36,533 nucleotides of DNA, from the UHGV virus genome UHGV-0135234, one strand, 5' to 3'. A program made the translations under genes and the position numbers. Of the stretch, positions 26,631-32,000 are shown piece by piece. The first letter of the stretch is position 1. Every line of letters starts with the position of its first letter. The notes under the pieces are model-generated. The model ran no database searches. It was given only the letters and a program-made list of their open reading frames with translations, and was not told where the DNA came from. This DNA comes from a virus.

Positions 26631-29105
26631 ATGAGACAGGAATGTATACAAGCGGTCCAGCAGGCGGCGCAGCGCACGTTAACGGCGCGAGAAATACAGA
26701 ACATTGAAGACCGCATTTATCGAAATATGCGCTCCATTGCTCGTGATGACCCGATGTCGTGGCGACAACTTTCCGAATCAGAACGGTTGTATCGTGCAGC
26801 ACAATTGGCATCTGAAGAATTACAGCGAGAAGCGGCATTAAAGAAACGTCGTGTGGCCCTCACTATAGCCGCACGTCAGAGATTGGATAAATTTATCAAT
26901 AGCTATCAAGGGGCTGATGGGAAACTTGGCGCTCTTAACCGTACTATTGCTTTTAATGCAGACGGTAAATCGAATTTCCTCTCTGTTGAATCCAGAACAA
27001 AAGCCACCCGTGATTATGCATTGAGTCAATTGCAGGAGGCATTCGAAGCAGTTGATCCTCGCTTTTTTGGTCTGTTTGAAGATGAAGCGGGCGTACGTGA
27101 CCTGGTATATGAAATGCGGGGGCAAAATACTGGCAATGCTAAAGCAAGAAAAGGTGCTAAGGCGTGGAGAGAAGTTACAGAGCTGCTGCGCCGCCGGTTT
27201 AATGATGCTGGTGGGGACATTGGCTATCTCGAAAACTGGGGGATCCCTCAACATCATTCTATGGAAAAGGTTGGGGCGGTATCAAAGGATAAGTGGGTTA
27301 GCGATGTTATAGGTAAGCTGGATCGCAAATATTATACCCGAGCCGATGGACAACTGATGAACGATGCCGAGTTGTCTGAATTTCTTGGAGAGGCTTATAA
27401 CACGATCGCTACTGGTGGGCTGAATAAGCTTACTGATACCGGAATGCGAATTTCCGGCGCACGTGCTAACCGTGGTAATGCATCACGACAGATACATTTC
27501 AAAGATGCAGATTCCTATCTGCAATATCAGCAACTTTATGGCGATCGCTCTCTATGGGAAATCATGGTCGGTCACCTGGAAGGTATCAGTAAAGATATTG
27601 CGCTGGTGGAAACATATGGCCCAAACCCCGATCATGTTTTCCGCTCCCTTCTTGATCAGGTTAAGGCAGAAACGGCAACAGCTAACCCGAGTAAAACCGG
27701 TAGCGTCGAGCGTCTGGCGAACAAAACAGAGAACTTGTACAACTTTATTTCCGGAAAAACACAGCCTGTAGCGAATCCGCACATCGCGCGATGGTCTGAC
27801 AATATCCGCAACTGGCTGGTTGCCAGCAGACTCGGATCCGCGTTGCTGTCATCGTTCTCTGATCTTGGAACCATGTATCTGTCTGCGAAGGTTACCAACC
27901 TTCCAATGAACCAGTTATTTCGCAACCAGCTTGAAGCTATGGACCCAACGAACCGTACAGAACTTGCGCGGGCGCGCCGCGCTGGCCTGGCGATGGAATC
28001 TCTACTTGGCAGCGTTAACCGCTGGGCGATGGATAATATGGGGCCGTCTGTGTCTCGTTGGGCGGCAACGGCGGTAATGCGTGCCAGTGGGCTTACAGCA
28101 TGGTCAGATGCGCACAAGCGCGCCTATGGCGTAACCATGATGGGAAGCCTGGGAGAAGTAGTGTCACGGACACCAGACCTTCGTAGCCTCGATGACTCTG
28201 ATTTTCGTATCCTGAAAAGCAAAGGGATTACTGACACAGACTGGAGCGTATGGAAGCTGGCGCAACAGGAGGACTGGGGGAACGGTAATAATACGATGCT
28301 GACACCGGAAAGCATTATGCGTATCCCTGATTCAGCAGTTAAACATCTTGGTGAGCCTGAACGCGTGAAATTTGAGGCAATGCGTAAACTGCTCGGTGCC
28401 GTAACTGAAGAAGTTGATATGGCTGTTATTACACCGGGCGCACGTGAACAGATGTTCGTAGGGTCTGGTCTTCAGCGTGGAACATGGAAAGGTGAATTAA
28501 CGAGAAGTGTTTTCCTGTTTAAATCGTTCCCTATCTCGGTAGTTATGCGTCACTGGCATAGAGCTATGGGGATGCCGTCTGCTGGTGGGCGTGCGGCATA
28601 TATAGCAACGTTTTTAGCAAGCACAACCATGCTTGGTGCTCTTTCCATGCAGATTACTGATCTTATTAATGGGAGAAATCCAAAAGAAATGACCGGTGAC
28701 AACATGGTTAAATTCTGGATAAATGCATTTTTAAAAGGTGGTGGGGCAGGGTTGTATGGTGATTTTCTTTTCTCTGACCACACCAGGTACGGGAGCGGCG
28801 CACTAGCGTCGATGCTTGGCCCGGTAGCTGGTCTGGTTGATGACGTAGTGAAGATTGCTCAGGGCATACCGTTAAATGCTGTGGAAGGGAAGAATGAGCA
28901 GACTGGTGGTGATCTGGTTAAGCTTGGGAAAGGTTTGATGCCTGGTGCGAATCTCTGGTACTTGAAGGCGGCTCTCGATCACATGATCTTTAATCAGATG
29001 CAGGAGTATTTTTCACCAGGCTATTTGCGTAAAATGGAGCAACGTTCGAAGAAAGAGTTTAACCAGACATACTGGTGGCGACCTCAGGATGTCACTCCGC
29101 AATAA
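26631..29105 (+). CDS. large internal virion/ejection protein
   Basis: 824 aa; last large protein of virion block. Confidence 0.65.
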   Translation: MRQECIQAVQQAAQRTLTAREIQNIEDRIYRNMRSIARDDPMSWRQLSESERLYRAAQLASEELQREAALKKRRVALTIAARQRLDKFINSYQGADGKLGALNRTIAFNADGKSNFLSVESRTKATRDYALSQLQEAFEAVDPRFFGLFEDEAGVRDLVYEMRGQNTGNAKARKGAKAWREVTELLRRRFNDAGGDIGYLENWGIPQHHSMEKVGAVSKDKWVSDVIGKLDRKYYTRADGQLMNDAELSEFLGEAYNTIATGGLNKLTDTGMRISGARANRGNASRQIHFKDADSYLQYQQLYGDRSLWEIMVGHLEGISKDIALVETYGPNPDHVFRSLLDQVKAETATANPSKTGSVERLANKTENLYNFISGKTQPVANPHIARWSDNIRNWLVASRLGSALLSSFSDLGTMYLSAKVTNLPMNQLFRNQLEAMDPTNRTELARARRAGLAMESLLGSVNRWAMDNMGPSVSRWAATAVMRASGLTAWSDAHKRAYGVTMMGSLGEVVSRTPDLRSLDDSDFRILKSKGITDTDWSVWKLAQQEDWGNGNNTMLTPESIMRIPDSAVKHLGEPERVKFEAMRKLLGAVTEEVDMAVITPGAREQMFVGSGLQRGTWKGELTRSVFLFKSFPISVVMRHWHRAMGMPSAGGRAAYIATFLASTTMLGALSMQITDLINGRNPKEMTGDNMVKFWINAFLKGGGAGLYGDFLFSDHTRYGSGALASMLGPVAGLVDDVVKIAQGIPLNAVEGKNEQTGGDLVKLGKGLMPGANLWYLKAALDHMIFNQMQEYFSPGYLRKMEQRSKKEFNQTYWWRPQDVTPQ

Positions 29106-29114
29106 GGAACAACA

Positions 29115-29528
29115 ATGAAGGAATTATTGCTGTTATCGGTATTTTTGATATCCGCTTGCTCGACATCCTATGATGTTTATGACGGTGTTGATAAGGCATA
29201 TTGCGACAAAGTTAAAATGGATTTTTCTCTTGCCAAGACGGCGAAGGATAGTTGTATTGATCACTACGTCAAGACTTATACCAAGCCAGCCTCATCGGCA
29301 TCTGATATTGCTGAAGGTGCTGTGTTTGAGTGTAACAAGGTGATATCCATCGCAGCGAGTTCTTCATACGATGCTGCTGTATGTGCAATGGCTGAAAGAA
29401 ACGGCATGTCAGTGCAAAAAATTAATAGCATGATAAGCAGTAATGACGAAGCCAAAATAAGAACTGATATCAGCTCGGTGAAAAAAGATGCCATGAACAG
29501 AGTTGTAAAATATCAGTCATCTTTATAA
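29115..29528 (+). CDS. lipoprotein (candidate superinfection-exclusion moron)
   Basis: 137 aa; signal peptide MKELLLLSVFLISAC with lipobox ISAC, Ser at +2; AT-rich; followed by palindrome and terminator. Confidence 0.6.
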   Translation: MKELLLLSVFLISACSTSYDVYDGVDKAYCDKVKMDFSLAKTAKDSCIDHYVKTYTKPASSASDIAEGAVFECNKVISIAASSSYDAAVCAMAERNGMSVQKINSMISSNDEAKIRTDISSVKKDAMNRVVKYQSSL

Positions 29529-29531
29529 GTC

Positions 29532-29543
29532 GTGACATGTCAC
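29532..29543. repeat. 12-bp palindrome GTGACATGTCAC (copy 2)
   Basis: Identical to 12021..12032; abuts terminator 29545..29568. Confidence 0.6.
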
Positions 29544-29544
29544 A

Positions 29545-29568
29545 GGCCGCTTTCGCGGCCTTGTTTTT
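29545..29568 (+). terminator. rho-independent terminator
   Basis: ggccgc-tttc-gcggcc followed by TTGTTTTT. Confidence 0.65.
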
Positions 29569-29728
29569 AACGAATGCCACCGCCACCCGGGCGGGAATCC
29601 GCAGAACGCCCACCGCAGCGGGAGCCGTCAGCAGCAGTGTCGCTGTCGTGCTGACAACGACCGGCAAAGGCCTGAGTTGAAGCTACCAGAGACAACAAAA
29701 CGAACAGTGCAGCAAATGCTTTTTTCAT
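29567..29728 (-). CDS. small secreted peptide (Sec signal peptide, 2 Cys, Gly-rich C-terminus)
   Basis: ORF 29567..29800; ATG at 29728 gives 53 aa MKKAFAALFVLLSLVASTQAFA|GRCQHDSDTAADGSRCGGRSADSRPGGGGIR; weak SD. Confidence 0.35.
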   Translation of the reverse strand: MKKAFAALFVLLSLVASTQAFAGRCQHDSDTAADGSRCGGRSADSRPGGGGIR

Positions 29729-29800
29729 TGTGAAATTTCCATCTATAAGCCACCTCAATGTGGCGTCAATGAGTGTAGCACTGACTTTTGTTTCGCCCAC

Positions 29801-29821
29801 AAAAAAGCCCGCAGCGCGGGC
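29801..29821 (-). terminator. rho-independent terminator after cargo gene B
   Basis: Minus strand gcccgc-gct-gcgggc followed by TTTTTT. Confidence 0.6.
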
Positions 29822-30261
29822 TATTCTTCTTCATCATTAAAAAGCGGATTGTTGTTTCCATCTGATGAAAGGAAAGGTATGTGTTCTCTTGAAAATCCAA
29901 CAATGACAATTTCATTATCATTTTTTGCATAATGAATGCATTCATTAGAATGCCTTCCGCCAGGGTTGAAATTTAAGTTAATGGTATAATTCTTAAATGT
30001 GTTTGGATACCATGTTGGCCCACAATGATAATGCCAATAATTCTCTTGCTCATAATTGTCTGAGCCGGGAATTTTATCATGGTTATCATCAACCCACGAG
30101 GGCTTGTTTTTTCCAACAAGCGCCCTTCCATTGGCAACATCCTCTAAAAAACTTTGTATGATTTTTATTTCATCATCAGTAAGGAAAGGTCCGTCTACAG
30201 CGAAAGGGGTGTTGCTTTCCCCATGTAGAAAACTATTAGATATTCTAATGTTAAACTTCAA
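29821..30261 (-). CDS. AT-rich cargo protein of unknown function (gene B)
   Basis: ORF 29821..30402 has no internal Met; CAGGAG SD + 6 nt + TTG at 30261 gives 146 aa (MKFNIRISNSFLHGESNTPFAVDGPFLTDDEIKIIQ...NYWHYHCGPTWYP...FNDEEE); upstream 47 codons of the long ORF use rare codons and overlap gene A. Start uncertain. Confidence 0.4.
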   Translation of the reverse strand: MKFNIRISNSFLHGESNTPFAVDGPFLTDDEIKIIQSFLEDVANGRALVGKNKPSWVDDNHDKIPGSDNYEQENYWHYHCGPTWYPNTFKNYTINLNFNPGGRHSNECIHYAKNDNEIVIVGFSREHIPFLSSDGNNNPLFNDEEE

Positions 30262-30281
30262 GGAAAACTCCTGATGTGCTT

Positions 30282-30449
30282 CTATTTGGAGCGAAATGCC
30301 GCCTTGAAGTCGCTGAAAGATGTTCCTGTCTGGTAAACCATATCCTTGTCGCGCTCTTTGCTTGCGCGGCCAAGCATAACTTTTCCAATGACATCCCAGC
30401 ATTGCTTGGCTTGTTCATTGTGCTGAGTACGATTTTTCAACGCTGTCAT
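30282..30449 (-). CDS. small protein (gene A), first gene of operator-controlled cargo operon
   Basis: 55 aa MTALKNRTQHNEQAKQCWDVIGKVMLGRASKERDKDMVYQTGTSFSDFKAAFRSK; AGGAGG SD 6 nt before ATG; host-like codon usage; not in ORF track (<60 aa). Confidence 0.4.
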   Translation of the reverse strand: MTALKNRTQHNEQAKQCWDVIGKVMLGRASKERDKDMVYQTGTSFSDFKAAFRSK

Positions 30450-30461
30450 ATCGCGCCTCCT

Positions 30462-30476
30462 TTACCTTTAAGGTAA
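30462..30476. promoter_or_regulatory. operator palindrome TTACC-N5-GGTAA between promoter and gene A
   Basis: ttacctttaaggtaa immediately upstream of SD. Confidence 0.55.
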
Positions 30477-30504
30477 TAGTACGCTATTCACCCACAGTCT
30501 GCAA
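30476..30504 (-). promoter_or_regulatory. putative promoter of cargo operon
   Basis: Minus strand -35 TTGCAG (30499..30504), 17 bp, -10 TACTAT (30476..30481), then operator. Confidence 0.45.
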
Positions 30505-30513
30505 TCTGTACAG

Positions 30514-30540
30514 AATTATTTAAAGGCACATCCCTGTGCC
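30514..30540 (-). terminator. terminator-like hairpin after Bro-N gene
   Basis: Minus strand ggcaca-ggga-tgtgcc followed by TTTAAATAATT. Confidence 0.4.
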
Positions 30541-30548
30541 GCCGCCCG

Positions 30549-31235
30549 TCAGAAGAACCCAGCCTTGTCGTTGATGTACTCCGCGTGGGTCTGGATATCA
30601 CGCAGGCATTTGCTCACACCAACAATGTAGCAGAACATGGTGGTCAGCTCCGCCGCCGCGCCCGATACGTCGTGCCCGTCTTCCTGTAACTGGTTCAGCA
30701 GATTCATCAGCAGTGAGTTCTCCGTCAGGCCGAGAACACCAGACGGAGAATGAATCAGGCTGCGGTAGCCGGGCTTCAGTGGGGCACTGTAGGTTTTGTT
30801 CTCTATCTTCATTGCCTGCATCACTGCTGATGCTGTGGCGTTGGCTACCTGGTCGGCAACTATCTTTATGCGTTCTTCCTGCGGGAGCGAGTTTTTAATG
30901 TAACTTCCGGTGCGGCGGATCTGAGGAAGAACCTCACCTGTAACCCATTTACGAAAGCGGTAGGGGATAGTGCCTGGTGTCACTGCGTCGCGGCAGCGGA
31001 GGATCAGTGTGTAGAGGCCTGACTCGTTGATAATATTGGTTTCACCTTGACGGCCTAAGTTAAATTTAGCCCTTTCATCATCATCAAGAGATTTTATTGA
31101 CATAGTGGGGTTTGTCAGTTGAAGAGCTTTAATAACGTCTTTGGCAACAAACCAAGGATTTCCATCAATAACAATGGCTCGAATGGTGGCTTCTGATTCA
31201 AAATGAAAAACAGATGGGGTTACGTTAGCAGTCAT
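30549..31235 (-). CDS. Bro-N domain antirepressor-like protein
   Basis: ORF 30549..31388; ATG at 31235 (MTANVTPSVFHFESEATIRAIVIDGNPWFVAKDVIKALQL... classic Bro-N N-terminus); AAGGTGA SD; upstream extension is a structured leader. Confidence 0.8.
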   Translation of the reverse strand: MTANVTPSVFHFESEATIRAIVIDGNPWFVAKDVIKALQLTNPTMSIKSLDDDERAKFNLGRQGETNIINESGLYTLILRCRDAVTPGTIPYRFRKWVTGEVLPQIRRTGSYIKNSLPQEERIKIVADQVANATASAVMQAMKIENKTYSAPLKPGYRSLIHSPSGVLGLTENSLLMNLLNQLQEDGHDVSGAAAELTTMFCYIVGVSKCLRDIQTHAEYINDKAGFF

Positions 31236-31388
31236 AGTGATCACCTTTGTAGTTAGGTTAATCACCACTACCGACGCCAATCGGTTGGTGGTGAACTGTG
31301 CAGGGTTGGCGTAACCGGCTACAAAGGACCCGGCGCACCTTTCGGTGCCCCCACACAGCCCACCATAGAATAGGTGCGCTTTACACAT

Positions 31389-31408
31389 AAAAAAACCGCT
31401 TATGCGGC
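31389..31408 (-). terminator. intrinsic terminator/attenuator in Bro leader
   Basis: Minus strand gccgc-ataa-gcggu followed by seven U. Confidence 0.45.
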
Positions 31409-31501
31409 ATATGTGCCTCTGTAGTAACCCGGGACGCCAATCCCGGCACTGGATTTTGCCAGTGCCCGATTACTATGGCACAAGAGGAGTGCGATGTAAA
31501 T

Positions 31502-31516
31502 TTACCGAAAAGGTAA
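31502..31516. promoter_or_regulatory. operator palindrome TTACC-N5-GGTAA
   Basis: ttaccgaaaaggtaa directly downstream of putative Bro promoter. Confidence 0.55.
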
Positions 31517-31544
31517 TAATAAACACTCTACTTGGTAATTGCAA
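31516..31544 (-). promoter_or_regulatory. putative promoter for Bro-N gene
   Basis: Minus strand -35 TTGCAA (31539..31544), 17 bp, -10 TATTAT (31516..31521); same architecture as gene A promoter. Confidence 0.4.
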
Positions 31545-31547
31545 ACC

Positions 31548-31805
31548 TTATCTGGTTTGTTTTCGTAATTGTTCGGCACAATAGTCGAGATGTGTTTGCA
31601 GATCCCGCATAGACATCTGTGAGCTGGTGACGTAGTTAATCAGTGCAGTCAGTTCGGCAAGTGGGCCATCGACATTAAATCCATCCTTATCGAGATCCCG
31701 GAGTAATTTCATCAAGTGCGATCCCTCCACCAGTGACCTGACGCCTCCCGGCGTGTGAATCCTTTCGGTAAATCCGTCTTCCAGTGGATAGTGATACTGC
31801 TGCAT
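31548..31805 (-). CDS. small antirepressor-domain protein, paralog of Bro C-terminal domain; LexA-box controlled
   Basis: ORF 31548..31823 (TTG); ATG at 31805 gives 85 aa with GGAG SD; aligns with C-terminus of 30549..31235 protein (IH(S/T)P.GV..L.E.S.LM.LL..L..DG..V.G..AELT...RD.QTH..Y). Confidence 0.55.
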   Translation of the reverse strand: MQQYHYPLEDGFTERIHTPGGVRSLVEGSHLMKLLRDLDKDGFNVDGPLAELTALINYVTSSQMSMRDLQTHLDYCAEQLRKQTR

Positions 31806-31826
31806 CTTATCTTCTCCATGCAATAA

Positions 31827-31842
31827 CTGTATATTTATACAG
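31827..31842. promoter_or_regulatory. LexA box (SOS operator) CTGTATATTTATACAG
   Basis: Perfect CTGT-N8-ACAG with AT-rich spacer; 10 nt upstream of SD of the 85-aa gene. Confidence 0.75.
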
Positions 31843-31881
31843 TATCAAATAATTTGTTTGCTATCCAGCACGTTTTGCAAA

Positions 31882-31896
31882 TTACCCGAAAGGTAA
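31882..31896. promoter_or_regulatory. operator palindrome TTACC-N5-GGTAA
   Basis: ttacccgaaaggtaa between 85-aa gene and divergent tailspike. Confidence 0.55.
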
Positions 31897-32000
31897 TATC
31901 TATTCGTATTTACAGTCTTTCTATCCATATGTGGTTTTTCAGGTAATAGAATAACCAGATATGCGGCGCAACGGGTGCTGCGACTATCTGGAGATTTAAC

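Noticed and set aside
30262-30402. Upstream 47 codons of ORF 29821..30402 as part of a single 193-aa protein
   Set aside because: This stretch uses rare codons (cga, gga, agg), has no SD, and overlaps out of frame a 55-aa ORF with host-like codons and an AGGAGG SD; a two-gene model fits better, though a frameshifted single gene cannot be excluded.
31236-31388. N-terminal extension of the Bro-N ORF (MCKAHLFYGG...)
   Set aside because: No start codon with SD; Bro-N domains begin at the protein N-terminus (MTANVTPSVFHF at 31235); the region is hairpin-rich and better explained as a 5' leader.
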